Positions 19,055-28,529 are shown, counted from the first letter of the stretch. The stretch is DNA of 64,000 nt from Candidatus Eiseniibacteriota bacterium (GCA_963717505.1 OY970342.1:96001-160000); one strand, 5' to 3'. The notes: generated from the sequence alone by a model not told the origin. Made by a program: numbers and translations.

Positions 19055-21733
19055 ATGCTCAAGAATCTGCTCGGGAATGGCTCCAAGGAAGTCGCCGAGG
19101 AGGCGCGCGCAATCCTGCAGGAAATCCGAAAGGAGCGCGATCGCTACGAAGCGCTGGTCGAAAGCGCACGCTCCGCGAGCGAGCGCCTGCAGGAACTCGG
19201 AGAGCCATTGGCTCAGGCGGTGAAAGAAGCCGACGCCGTGAGCGGGCGGATCAGCGAACTGGAGCAGCGCTTCGCCGCGATGGTGCAGGTGTCGCGTCAG
19301 TTCGAGACCCTCGACGAACGCGCCGAGATCCTCAAGCAGGATCAGGAGCGCGCCGAGACGCAGATCCACTCGGTCCTCGAGGACGCCCAGCAGATCAAGA
19401 ACGGGTTCGAAGAGACCCACATCAAGATCGACCAGGCGCTCGACCTCAAGGAGCGTCTCGAGTCCTTCATGGAGATCGAGAAGCCGTTCCAGCTGATCCG
19501 CGGCGAAGCCGAATCGATCCGCAGTCAGGTCGAAGGCACCGGCGAGCATCTGGCCCGGCTGCGCGAGCAGCACGAGCGCCTGATGGACGCGCACAAGCTG
19601 GCGGTCTCCAAGATGGAGGCCCTCGACCGTCGCGGTGAAGACCTCGGCCGTGCGCTCCAGGACAAGGAACGCCGGGTCACCGGCGTCGAGCAATCGGTCC
19701 AGGGAATCGACGGCATCCAGCAGACGGTCAACGACCTGCGTCGCGAGATCGGCACGCTCAAGGCCCTCGGCGACTCGGTCACCCAGAAGAGCGCGGCCCT
19801 CGAGGCGCAGCACGAGGCGATCGAGCGCGCCCTGACCCGCGCGGACAACTTGGACCGGGCGATGCGCCGCATCGACACCGGCCTGCAGCAAGCCCAGGAG
19901 CAGGAGAAACTTCTGGGCCAGATGCACGACCGGGTGCTCGGACTCCAGTCGCTCCACGAGTCGGTGCTCGAACGCTCGCGCGAGATCGATCAGCTCCAGC
20001 GCGAAACGGACGGCCAGGTGGTTTCGACCCGGCAGGATCTCGCCGCGATGCGCAACGAGATGAAGAACACGGTCGGGCACTTCGAGTTCGAGACCAAGGG
20101 CCTGGAATCGGTCAGCCAGCGGGTCGCCGACCTGCGCACCGCGCTCGGCGACTTCGAGGAGCGTTTCCGCAATCTGAACGAGTCGGCACAGACGGTCGCC
20201 ACCCTCACCGGCCAGACACAATCCGTTTCCGTGCGCCTGCAGACGCTGACCGACGAGCTGGCTCATGTCGGCGAGGAGGCTGGCAAGCTCCAGGGTATCC
20301 GCCGCGACGTCGAGGACATGAGCCGCACCGTGCGCGAGGCCGCGGGCCACGTGACGCGTATCGAGGAGTCGCGTCCAGCGGTCGAGTCCGCCCTGCGGGA
20401 CCTCGGCCAGCTCGGCAGCGTGCACGCCATGGTCCAGGACGCGCTCGAGCAAACGCGACTCGCCGACGGCGAGATCGCCCGTGTGCGCGAAGCCCAGAAC
20501 GAGACCCGGAACTGGCTCAACGGGATCGATCAGTCGGTGCGGGACGTGCGCGACCAGGTGCAAGACCTGCGACAGATGGCGCCGACCGTCGAGGCCGTAC
20601 TCAAGCAGGCGCAGCGGGCGAGCGAGGCCATGGCCGTGGTCGAGCAGCGCCGGGGCGTCGTCGAAGACGTTCAGCGCCGCATGTCGGACATCGAGCACCT
20701 GGGCAGCGCGCTCGACGACCGCAGCCAGCAGTTGGGGGCGCGGATGGAGGCGGCCGAGCGCCAGTTCGTGACGCTCGAGTCGCACGCCCAGGAAGCGGAT
20801 CGACTGGCCCAGGCGATCGCCGGCATCTCGAACGGAGTCGAGGAGGCGTTGCGCCGGGCGGAGAAGGCCGGCAAGCAGGTCACGACCGTCGAGTCGCGCT
20901 GCGAGTCGGTCGAAGGGCTCGCCGACCGGACCCGCGCGCTCAAGGAGGAGCTGGATCAGCGCCAGCGTGCGCTCGAGTCGGCGGCCGAAGACCTCAAGCG
21001 CTCCTCGAAACTGCGCCAGGAGGCCGCCGCCGCGGCCCAGGAACTGGACGAGTTGTCGAAGGGGCTGACCTCCTCACTCGCCTCATCCGACGAGCGCGCC
21101 GAGCGGTTGGAGTCCCTGACCGCCCAGCTCGAGGATCGAGGCGCCAACCTGACGCACGTCGAGAAGCGGCTGGATGCGTTCGAAGAGCGTCTGGTCAAAT
21201 GGGAGTTGGTGGATCAGGAGGTCACCCGGTCGCTCGAGCAGATCTCGGCGCGGCAGGGCACGGTCGAGTCGCTTTCGGCCGACCTCGAACGGATGTTCGC
21301 CACGGCCGAGAAGACCGCCTCGGACGTCCGCATGATCACGTCGTCGCAGCGCGAAATCGGCGAAACCCACCGCCAGCTGGAAGACGTCATGACCCGGCTG
21401 CGCGAGGTCCGCGAGACCGCGACCGCGCTCGACGAACGCAAGCGTCAGATGACCCGGGCCGAGGAGCGGCTCGCCCGCGCCGACGCCCTGTTGGTCGAGG
21501 TTCGCTCCAGCCTCGAGTCGCTGCAAGGTCAGAAGGCGGTGGTCGATCAGGCGATCGAGAAGGCCGGCTCGCTCAAGGTCCTGCTCAAGCAGGCCGAGGC
21601 GGTGATCGAGAGCCTGCGTGATGAGCGCAAGATGACCGCTGACATCCGAGCCGCTGTGGCACTCGTCCGCGAGGAAGACGACTACGGGGACGACGACTAC
21701 GAGGACAACGAGAAGCTGGCGAAAGCGGCCTGA
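19055..21733 (+). CDS. Large cytoplasmic coiled-coil protein (892 aa), function unknown
   Basis: RBS GGAGGAG before MLKNLLG; continuous E/R/L/A/Q-rich heptads; no TM or Walker motif; acidic tail ending AKAA. Confidence 0.85.
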   Translation: MLKNLLGNGSKEVAEEARAILQEIRKERDRYEALVESARSASERLQELGEPLAQAVKEADAVSGRISELEQRFAAMVQVSRQFETLDERAEILKQDQERAETQIHSVLEDAQQIKNGFEETHIKIDQALDLKERLESFMEIEKPFQLIRGEAESIRSQVEGTGEHLARLREQHERLMDAHKLAVSKMEALDRRGEDLGRALQDKERRVTGVEQSVQGIDGIQQTVNDLRREIGTLKALGDSVTQKSAALEAQHEAIERALTRADNLDRAMRRIDTGLQQAQEQEKLLGQMHDRVLGLQSLHESVLERSREIDQLQRETDGQVVSTRQDLAAMRNEMKNTVGHFEFETKGLESVSQRVADLRTALGDFEERFRNLNESAQTVATLTGQTQSVSVRLQTLTDELAHVGEEAGKLQGIRRDVEDMSRTVREAAGHVTRIEESRPAVESALRDLGQLGSVHAMVQDALEQTRLADGEIARVREAQNETRNWLNGIDQSVRDVRDQVQDLRQMAPTVEAVLKQAQRASEAMAVVEQRRGVVEDVQRRMSDIEHLGSALDDRSQQLGARMEAAERQFVTLESHAQEADRLAQAIAGISNGVEEALRRAEKAGKQVTTVESRCESVEGLADRTRALKEELDQRQRALESAAEDLKRSSKLRQEAAAAAQELDELSKGLTSSLASSDERAERLESLTAQLEDRGANLTHVEKRLDAFEERLVKWELVDQEVTRSLEQISARQGTVESLSADLERMFATAEKTASDVRMITSSQREIGETHRQLEDVMTRLREVRETATALDERKRQMTRAEERLARADALLVEVRSSLESLQGQKAVVDQAIEKAGSLKVLLKQAEAVIESLRDERKMTADIRAAVALVREEDDYGDDDYEDNEKLAKAA

Positions 21734-21756
21734 GCCCGAAACCGAAGAGAGAAGGA

Positions 21757-21786
21757 CGAAGGCGGCCTGATTCTAGGCCGCCTTCG
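21757..21786. terminator. Perfect 12-bp hairpin between convergent genes
   Basis: CGAAGGCGGCCT-GATTCT-AGGCCGCCTTCG; pyrimidine-rich tract follows on the minus strand. Confidence 0.65.
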
Positions 21787-22291
21787 CGTCGTCCGGGCGA
21801 TCGAGGAGCCAGTCGGCGGCGCTCAGGGACCAGACCAGCAGATCGTCCACGTCGAGCGGCAGCCGGATGTCCTCACCGATGATTCGCTCCTCGGAGCCAA
21901 AGCGGAACATCCCGCGCTTCCAGCGCATAGCCGCCAGGATGACGTGGCGCTGAACCAGGAGCATCGCCTCGCGCATCTGGGCTTCGGTCAGCACATCATT
22001 GTCGACCAGCATTCGGCCGATTCGGGCTCCCGGGCTGTCCTGCTGGATCGCGAGCACGAACTCGATGGCCTCGGGCGGGAGTTCCCCGCGCCGCACCAGG
22101 ATTTCTCCGATCCGAAGCGCGCTGACGTTGGTCCGGGCGAACATGGACCGGCCGTCCTCGACGTAGATCTCGGTGCGCTGGTCGCCCCGCTCGAGCTGCA
22201 GACAACCCGTGGCCCGGCTGGATTGCAGGAACCGGAGGACCTGAGCCAAACCGAAGTAGGCGAGCGATCCGGACAGGACTTGCGTAGCCAT
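21773..22291 (-). CDS. DUF4388 (PATAN-like) domain protein with internal MshEN-like motif
   Basis: LSGSLAYFGLAQVLRFLQSSRATGCL...W..G.F.F; RIGEILVRRG...RIGRMLV. Confidence 0.85.
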   Translation of the reverse strand: MATQVLSGSLAYFGLAQVLRFLQSSRATGCLQLERGDQRTEIYVEDGRSMFARTNVSALRIGEILVRRGELPPEAIEFVLAIQQDSPGARIGRMLVDNDVLTEAQMREAMLLVQRHVILAAMRWKRGMFRFGSEERIIGEDIRLPLDVDDLLVWSLSAADWLLDRPDDAKAA

Positions 22292-22470
22292 CGAGAGTTC
22301 CTCGAGCGCGGTGGGGAATGCGACTGTCTTCCCGGGAGGAATCGGCAGATTGCCCCATGGTCTGGAGAGGTTTCCCCCTCGGGCGCGAGCTTCCACAAGG
22401 TGTGGCACAGTGTGCGGGCCCCGGCGATCTTCCGGGGCGTAGCACCGCGGATCCGGCTTCTGGAGGCCCC

Positions 22471-23286
22471 ATGACCACCGAGAAGGACTATGTCCTCGGC
22501 ACCCACGACGCCGAGCTCTGGCGCTTGGGCCTGCAACACCGAATTTGGCGTCCACGCGCCACCGACGCGTGGAGACGCGCAGGGTTCACGCTCGGCCAGA
22601 CGCTGCTCGACGTCGGCTGTGGTCCAGGGTACGCCACGCTCGATCTGGCGGAGTGGGTCGGTACCTCGGGGCGCGTGATCGCCCTCGATCGGTCGCGGCG
22701 TTTTCTCGACGCGCTCGCCGACCGCGCCCGCGCTCGTGGGTTCGACAACTTCACGGTCCACGAGCTGGACTTCGACGAGCAGCCCTTCCCCGACGTTCGA
22801 GCCGACGGCGCCTGGTCGCGATGGATCTATGCGTTCGTGCGCCATCCGCGCCGGCTCCTGGAACGGGTGGCCGCGACCCTGCGGCCGGGCGGAACGATGG
22901 TGTTCCACGAATATGTCGACTACCGCGCGTGGCGGCTGTCGCCCCGCAGCCCGCTATTCGAGGCGTTCGTCGAGGAAGTCATCGCGTCGTGGCGCGCGAG
23001 CGGCGGCGAGCCCGACATCGGTCTCGACCTGCCGCGCTGGCTCGAGGAGTTGGGCTTCGAGTTGCGCGAGCTGAGGCCGATCACCGAAGTCGCCCGTCCG
23101 GGCGACGATTTATGGCACTGGCCGAGGATCTTCGTCGAGATCGGCCTCCAGCGCCTGGTCGACCTCGGCCGCATCGACGCGGCCCGAGCGCGCGACATGC
23201 ACCATGCGTTCATCGACACCGGGACGACCCTCGGCGGCTTCTGCCTGACTCCCACCGTACTCGAGATTATCGCGCGCAAGCGCTGA
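22471..23286 (+). CDS. Class I SAM-dependent methyltransferase
   Basis: YVLG N-terminus, LLDVGCGPG, LRPGG; RBS GGAGG. Confidence 0.9.
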   Translation: MTTEKDYVLGTHDAELWRLGLQHRIWRPRATDAWRRAGFTLGQTLLDVGCGPGYATLDLAEWVGTSGRVIALDRSRRFLDALADRARARGFDNFTVHELDFDEQPFPDVRADGAWSRWIYAFVRHPRRLLERVAATLRPGGTMVFHEYVDYRAWRLSPRSPLFEAFVEEVIASWRASGGEPDIGLDLPRWLEELGFELRELRPITEVARPGDDLWHWPRIFVEIGLQRLVDLGRIDAARARDMHHAFIDTGTTLGGFCLTPTVLEIIARKR

Positions 23287-23293
23287 TCGCGTT

Positions 23294-24298
23294 TCAGCGC
23301 AGCACGGGCGCCAGCCACTCCTCGAACGCGGACTCGGTCAGACGGGTGGGCGTATAGCCGCGCACCAATCCGTTGCGGTCGATGAACACGAAGGTCGGAG
23401 TGCTCGAGCCGCCGTAGCGCTCCATCGAGACCGTGCTGAAGAGGCGGGGAATCGGCCCGAGGTCGGAATAGACCGCGGTCCACACGCTGTCGACGCGCGC
23501 CTTCTCGCGCGGTCGGTCGGGGACTTCGTCGTAGAAGCGCGTCAGGGCGATCACCTGCAAACTATCCCTTTCGTGCTGCTTGCGGACGCGTGCGAGTGTC
23601 GCCGCCTGAGCCTTGCAATCGCCGCACCATTCCGCCCACAGGAAGAGCACGACCGGCTTGCCGCGGAGCGAGGCCAGGGATGGCGGCGGCTCGCCGAGGT
23701 GGTCCTCGACCACCAGCTCGGGCGCCAGCACGCCCGTGAGCGTCAACAAGTTGAGTCGCTTTTGGAGCCGCGAGCGCAGTGCGGCCGGGCCGCGAATGCC
23801 GGCGATCTCGCGGCGCACGAACTCGGCCGCGGCGCCGGCATCCTTGCTGCGCTGCAGGATCTGCGCCTCGACCTCGATCGCCGCCCCCAATGCCGTCTCG
23901 ACGTCATGATCCTTCTCGAGATCGACCCCGGCGGCGAGTCGGGCATCGCAGCGCGCGCGCACATCGCCGACGTAACGCCTGGCCTTCGGCAGATCGCCGA
24001 GCAGCAACGCACCGCGAGCCAGCCAGGAAAGCCCGGCGAGGTAGGGGCCGTCCTCGCCGTACTGGGCTCGATGGACCTCGAGGACCGATTCGGCGCTCAA
24101 CAGGTCGCCGGCCGAGATCTTGTTCCGGATCCCGCTGTTCGGGGACGGCGGTCGCGCCGGAGCCTTGGCCGTGTCGGGCGGGGCGGCCGTCAATGAGCGA
24201 GTCGTGTCGGGCGCGGTGACCGGCGGAACCGGAACCTGCGCCAGCGCCAGGGACGAAACCGCAAGGGCGCACCAAAGCGTCGCCCAGCACCATCGCAT
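23294..24298 (-). CDS. Exported TlpA-like thioredoxin-fold protein with helical N-terminal domain
   Basis: Signal peptide, LRGKPVVLFLWAEWCGDC, TPTFVFIDRNG. Confidence 0.85.
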   Translation of the reverse strand: MRWCWATLWCALAVSSLALAQVPVPPVTAPDTTRSLTAAPPDTAKAPARPPSPNSGIRNKISAGDLLSAESVLEVHRAQYGEDGPYLAGLSWLARGALLLGDLPKARRYVGDVRARCDARLAAGVDLEKDHDVETALGAAIEVEAQILQRSKDAGAAAEFVRREIAGIRGPAALRSRLQKRLNLLTLTGVLAPELVVEDHLGEPPPSLASLRGKPVVLFLWAEWCGDCKAQAATLARVRKQHERDSLQVIALTRFYDEVPDRPREKARVDSVWTAVYSDLGPIPRLFSTVSMERYGGSSTPTFVFIDRNGLVRGYTPTRLTESAFEEWLAPVLR

Positions 24299-24396
24299 CG
24301 AGTGCAGCCTCCAAAGGAGAACGGGACGGCAGCGACGTGCCGCCATCCCGTTCACACTCTACACCACCGCCCCGAACAGCGCGGCGGCTTCGGATG

Positions 24397-24957
24397 CTAG
24401 GAAACCGTTGCCCGGCGACGGCGGGTGTATGGCACACCGATGCCGGCGAGCCCCACCGCCAGGAAGCTCAGGGCAACGGGTGACACGCCCGGCAGCGGCA
24501 CGCCCAAGTTCTCGACTTGGTCTCGCACCTGGCCGGACGGATTGTTCGCAGTGCGTACGTTGACGTAGGTCAGACCCGAGTTGAGCAGGTTCCTCTCCGC
24601 CGAATCGGGGTACGCGGCGACGCCGGTGAAGATCCCGGAGCCGGGCGGCGTCTGCGTGAAGGTGATCTTGACCGGAGCCGCGAAGCCCACATTGTTGTAC
24701 GCGTGAATGTGCGCCGCCGTGACGGTTCCGCTCATTCCGGTCGCGGCGATGTTGTAAGTGACTGTGTTGGCGACGGTGTCGTAGGTCAGGGTGCCGGTGG
24801 CGGTGCCGCCCGAGGGGCTGGGTGGCGCCGGGACTTCCTGCGCTTCGGTGGCGACGACGTTGTAGGTGACCTGGATCGCGTGCGCGGTCCCAACCGACGC
24901 GAGCACTGCGATCGGGACCAGCAAGGCGAGGGCATGGCGGGATTGGCGTAGCTCCAT
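24397..24957 (-). CDS. CHRD-domain protein with C-terminal sorting-signal-like tail
   Basis: Signal peptide, QEVP, TAAHIH, YVNVRT...P.GQVR; tail VPLPGVSP + TM + RRRR. Confidence 0.8.
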   Translation of the reverse strand: MELRQSRHALALLVPIAVLASVGTAHAIQVTYNVVATEAQEVPAPPSPSGGTATGTLTYDTVANTVTYNIAATGMSGTVTAAHIHAYNNVGFAAPVKITFTQTPPGSGIFTGVAAYPDSAERNLLNSGLTYVNVRTANNPSGQVRDQVENLGVPLPGVSPVALSFLAVGLAGIGVPYTRRRRATVS

Positions 24958-25022
24958 AGGAACCTCCTTATCAACCCAGTGCTGCAGCCCATCGTGGGAA
25001 ACCAGCGATCATTGGCGTAATT

Positions 25023-25916
25023 CTACCGTGGATTCACGGGCCGCACCACGGTGATCCCGATGTTCGACTGCGGCCCGCGCGCCAAATAGTCGCTGATCCG
25101 GCCATCGACCATCACGCGCCGGTTCTTGGACGAGGCGTGTACGAAACGGGCCACTCCGGCCTCGTCCAGCACCACGAGTCCGGTGTGCGAGTAGTCGAGG
25201 CCGCGGATCGAGGTCGCGATCGCCACCAGATCGCCGGTATGGAGCTTCGACTCGATGCCCGCGACCCGCGACCGAGGCACGTACAGGCGCGGAACGCGGC
25301 TCACGCGCTTCTCGATCTCGCGTATGGCGGGAACCATCGCCGGATCCGTTTGCAGCGCGGGATAGCTCTGCGGATGCGTCGACATGAAGTCGAGCGAAAG
25401 CGGCAACGTGACGCCTCCGAGCCCCAGGGTGACATCCTCGACCACCCCCTTGGCGATGTTGTCCGCGATCCATTCCGAGGTGTAGTGGAGCCGCGACGCA
25501 TAGCCTTCGATACGCCCCCGGCGATAGCGCGTCTTGGTGATCGCGGCCTCGAGGTCCGCGGCACCGGGCCTCGAGCCACCCGGGCGAACGATCCGCCCGA
25601 GGTTCAGGCACAGCTCCATGAACGTGACGCAGTCGTACCCGCGCGTCGTGATGCGGCAGACTTCGGGGCCCGGACCCTCGAGCGTGCCTTCGAGGTACGG
25701 CGCGCCGGCGAGCGCGCGCGCGAAACGACCGACTCGTTCGCCGATCGCGAGCGACTCCCACCGGTTCGCGAAGCCGACCTCGATCAGGCTGTCGAGATCG
25801 GCCCGCGTCTGGGGCGTCACGGCCTGCGCGGCCGTCGGATCGGGCGCAGTCGGCTCGGATTGAGCGTGAGCGCCGCCCACCGCGATCGCGACCGCGAGCC
25901 AGACGAAGCGTTTCAT
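25023..25916 (-). CDS. DUF1460 N-acetylmuramoyl-L-alanine amidase-like protein (NlpC/P60 superfamily)
   Basis: Signal peptide, PY...DCVTF, RY..G...Y.SRLHY.SEW, SHTG, HASS. Confidence 0.88.
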   Translation of the reverse strand: MKRFVWLAVAIAVGGAHAQSEPTAPDPTAAQAVTPQTRADLDSLIEVGFANRWESLAIGERVGRFARALAGAPYLEGTLEGPGPEVCRITTRGYDCVTFMELCLNLGRIVRPGGSRPGAADLEAAITKTRYRRGRIEGYASRLHYTSEWIADNIAKGVVEDVTLGLGGVTLPLSLDFMSTHPQSYPALQTDPAMVPAIREIEKRVSRVPRLYVPRSRVAGIESKLHTGDLVAIATSIRGLDYSHTGLVVLDEAGVARFVHASSKNRRVMVDGRISDYLARGPQSNIGITVVRPVNPR

Positions 25917-27175
25917 GGCGTGGGCGGCGCGGGGGTCCGCGCGGCCGGCACGACGTCGGCGACTGCGATCGCCGGCGGAACCGCCGCCGCGAACTCGGTA
26001 ACCGGCGCGCCACTGGCCGCCGGAGCAAAACGCAGGTGGCGTGTGTCGGGCAGCGTGAACGCCAGCGCCAAACCGACCACCAGTGCGCTCGCGAGCGCAC
26101 CCATCGCGACCGTGACGCTGGTGGCGTCGGCCAGAGCCCCGATCGGCGTCATCAGCAGCATCGACACGCCCCATGCCGCGCCCATGATCAAGCTCGACAC
26201 CGTCGAGACGTGACGCGGGGCCAGCTCCTGGCCCATGACCACCATGACCGGCAGCGACATCTGGAGCAGGAAACCGCCGACCACCACTGAAGCCAGGCCG
26301 AGCATGTCGGGCAGGAACAGGAATGCGAAGTAGAACGGGATCGCCCCCGCGAGCGAGACGATCACGACATTGCGCCGCCCGATTCGGTCCGAGAGCCAGC
26401 CACCGAAGAACGTACCGATGGCGCCCGCGGTCAGATAGGCGCTCACCGCCAGTCCGCCGAACTCGAACGCGTGGCCGCGGCGGCTCAAGTAGATGGGCAG
26501 GAACGTCATGAAGCCGTAGCTCGCGGCATATCGGCACACGGTCGTGAAGTAGAGCGTCGCGATGTGGCCCGCGACCGGCGCCAGCTCGCGCAAAGGCGCG
26601 CGCGGCATGGCGTGGTGCTCGAGGGGTGGCATGCGCGAGAACCAGAGTGCGAGCGGAATCGTGACCGCGATGCCGCTGATCCCCCAGATCCAGGTGCGCT
26701 CGAGACCGAGCACGCTCGCGAACATCACCGCGATCAAGGGACCGACCGAGAACCCGACCGTGCCCCCTCCGACGAAAATCGACATCGCGAGTCCGCGACG
26801 CGGCAGCAAGGTGCTCGCCGCCACCGCAGCCTGCGGGTGGAACGCGGCGACCCCGACTCCCCCGAGGATCAGCAGTGCCACCAGCGTCCAGTAGTTGGGA
26901 GCAAGACCGACGCCACACAGGAACACGGCGGCAACCAGCGGCCCGAAAGCCACGAACCACGGGCGGCGGAGGCGATCGGCCCACAACCCGAACAACGGCT
27001 GGGCGAGCGAGGAGGACAGCGACGAGAAGGCGACCACTGAGCCCACCAGCGTCAAGTTCAGCCCGAGCTTCTCGATCAACAGCGGATAGAGCGGGGCGAT
27101 GAAACTGGAGCAGCTGTCGATGACGAAGTGCGCAAGCGCGATCAGCGCCAGGCGCGGAGTCAGGAAGCGACGCAC
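25913..27175 (-). CDS. MFS transporter, Fsr-like
   Basis: About 12 TMs, AHFVID, QPLFGLWADR, AAFHP, GGWLSDRIGRR. Confidence 0.9.
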   Translation of the reverse strand: MRRFLTPRLALIALAHFVIDSCSSFIAPLYPLLIEKLGLNLTLVGSVVAFSSLSSSLAQPLFGLWADRLRRPWFVAFGPLVAAVFLCGVGLAPNYWTLVALLILGGVGVAAFHPQAAVAASTLLPRRGLAMSIFVGGGTVGFSVGPLIAVMFASVLGLERTWIWGISGIAVTIPLALWFSRMPPLEHHAMPRAPLRELAPVAGHIATLYFTTVCRYAASYGFMTFLPIYLSRRGHAFEFGGLAVSAYLTAGAIGTFFGGWLSDRIGRRNVVIVSLAGAIPFYFAFLFLPDMLGLASVVVGGFLLQMSLPVMVVMGQELAPRHVSTVSSLIMGAAWGVSMLLMTPIGALADATSVTVAMGALASALVVGLALAFTLPDTRHLRFAPAASGAPVTEFAAAVPPAIAVADVVPAARTPAPPTP

Positions 27176-27271
27176 CGGCGCAGAGTAGCACGCCGCGCAG
27201 CGTGCCGCGGGCCCGCGGCCGATTTCGGACCCGCCCAGGAGCGTCGGGTTTATTACGCGAGGCCGGAGACG

Positions 27272-28465
27272 CTAGAGCTTGGCGAACTCCACGCGCCGGT
27301 TCATCGCGCGTCCCTCGGGCTTGGCGTTGCTGGCGACGGTCTGCGTGTCGCCCATGCCGTCGGTTTCGAAGCGATCGCCGGCGACTGAGAACTGCTCGGT
27401 CAGCACCTTGGCCACCGATGCCGAGCGGCGCTTCGACAGGTCGAGATTGCTGGCGGCCGATCCGACGTTGTCGGTATGGCCGGTGATCTTGAGCTTTACG
27501 GCGGCGTTCGATTCCATGTAGGAGGCGATCTGACGCAGGACGGGCGCAGATTCCGGCAGCACGACGTCGGAGCCGCTGTCGAAATAGATGCCGTAGGTGA
27601 CCAACTTGCCCTCCGCGAGCAGGTCTTTGGGCGGCCGGCAGCCCTCGGCGAAGCGCACGTTGGCGATCATGGGTTCCGCCGGCGAGAACATGCGCATCTC
27701 GAGGTCGGTCGGCATCCCATTCGTTGTCGAGATCTCGGGGACGTTCGCCATGCGCTGGCGGTCGACGTAGGCCTTCACTCCGGTTCCGCGGACCATGATC
27801 TTGATGTGATGATGGCCGGCGACCCCCTCGGGGTCCTCGAGTGGGGTCGACGAGTAGACATCGCCCGACCGAAACACCATGTCGTTTCCCTGGGGGAACA
27901 ACACTTCCCAACACAGTGCATCACTGGCGTTCAGCGCTCGAACGTTGACCATGGTGCCCAGGCTCGGGCCGTTGGCGTACACGTCGAAATCGAGCGTCCA
28001 GAACTCGGGGAGCGGCCCCGCCCCCGTGGCCTTCATACGCACACGACCGTCGGGACTCGTGCAGCGCAGCCAGCGCATGCCCTCGGCGTCGACGATCTCG
28101 TAGTTGCCCTGCTTGAGCTTCCAGCGCGTAGGGAATTCACCCAGCTCGTCCAGCGTGAAGTCCTCCATCAACAGGACCTTGTCTCCCGGCACGTAGTCGA
28201 ACTTGGTCGAGATCGACGAGAACTTACCCTTGCCCTTTTCGGCGGGAGCCTTCTCTGCTTCGGCCTCCGCGGCATCGGCCTTCTTGTCGCCCGTGGACTT
28301 GCCGGTCTGGTCCACGGTCTTGTCGATCGTGTCCTCGGCCTTCTTGGTCGACTTGTCGGTGACCTTCTTCTTGACGGCATCGAGGATGCCGGCGCGGCTT
28401 CCGGATGCGATCAGCACGAATGCGATCACGATGCCCGCCAGCGCGGTCCATCGAGCGTGCTTCAT
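27272..28465 (-). CDS. Exported OmpA-family protein with central beta domain
   Basis: Signal peptide, FDYVPGDK...GEFP..W, C-terminal GIYFDSGS, GHTD, NLDLSKRR, NRRVEF; RBS GGGAGG. Confidence 0.9.
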   Translation of the reverse strand: MKHARWTALAGIVIAFVLIASGSRAGILDAVKKKVTDKSTKKAEDTIDKTVDQTGKSTGDKKADAAEAEAEKAPAEKGKGKFSSISTKFDYVPGDKVLLMEDFTLDELGEFPTRWKLKQGNYEIVDAEGMRWLRCTSPDGRVRMKATGAGPLPEFWTLDFDVYANGPSLGTMVNVRALNASDALCWEVLFPQGNDMVFRSGDVYSSTPLEDPEGVAGHHHIKIMVRGTGVKAYVDRQRMANVPEISTTNGMPTDLEMRMFSPAEPMIANVRFAEGCRPPKDLLAEGKLVTYGIYFDSGSDVVLPESAPVLRQIASYMESNAAVKLKITGHTDNVGSAASNLDLSKRRSASVAKVLTEQFSVAGDRFETDGMGDTQTVASNAKPEGRAMNRRVEFAKL

Positions 28466-28529
28466 GGCTGCCTCCCGTGCGTGACGGCCAGACGACCGCC
28501 GTTGTTGAACATACTGTCCGGTGCCGCCG

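Noticed and set aside
19055-21733. SMC or methyl-accepting chemotaxis protein call
   Set aside because: No Walker A/B, hinge, TM or MCP hairpin signature
25023-27914. 963-aa ORF and other long overlapping ORFs (e.g. 17068-18756, 18683-20785, 36048-38153)
   Set aside because: Arg/Pro/Ala-rich shadow frames typical of high-GC DNA; only the C-terminal parts of 25023-27914 and 17068-18756 are real genes (DUF1460, rhomboid)
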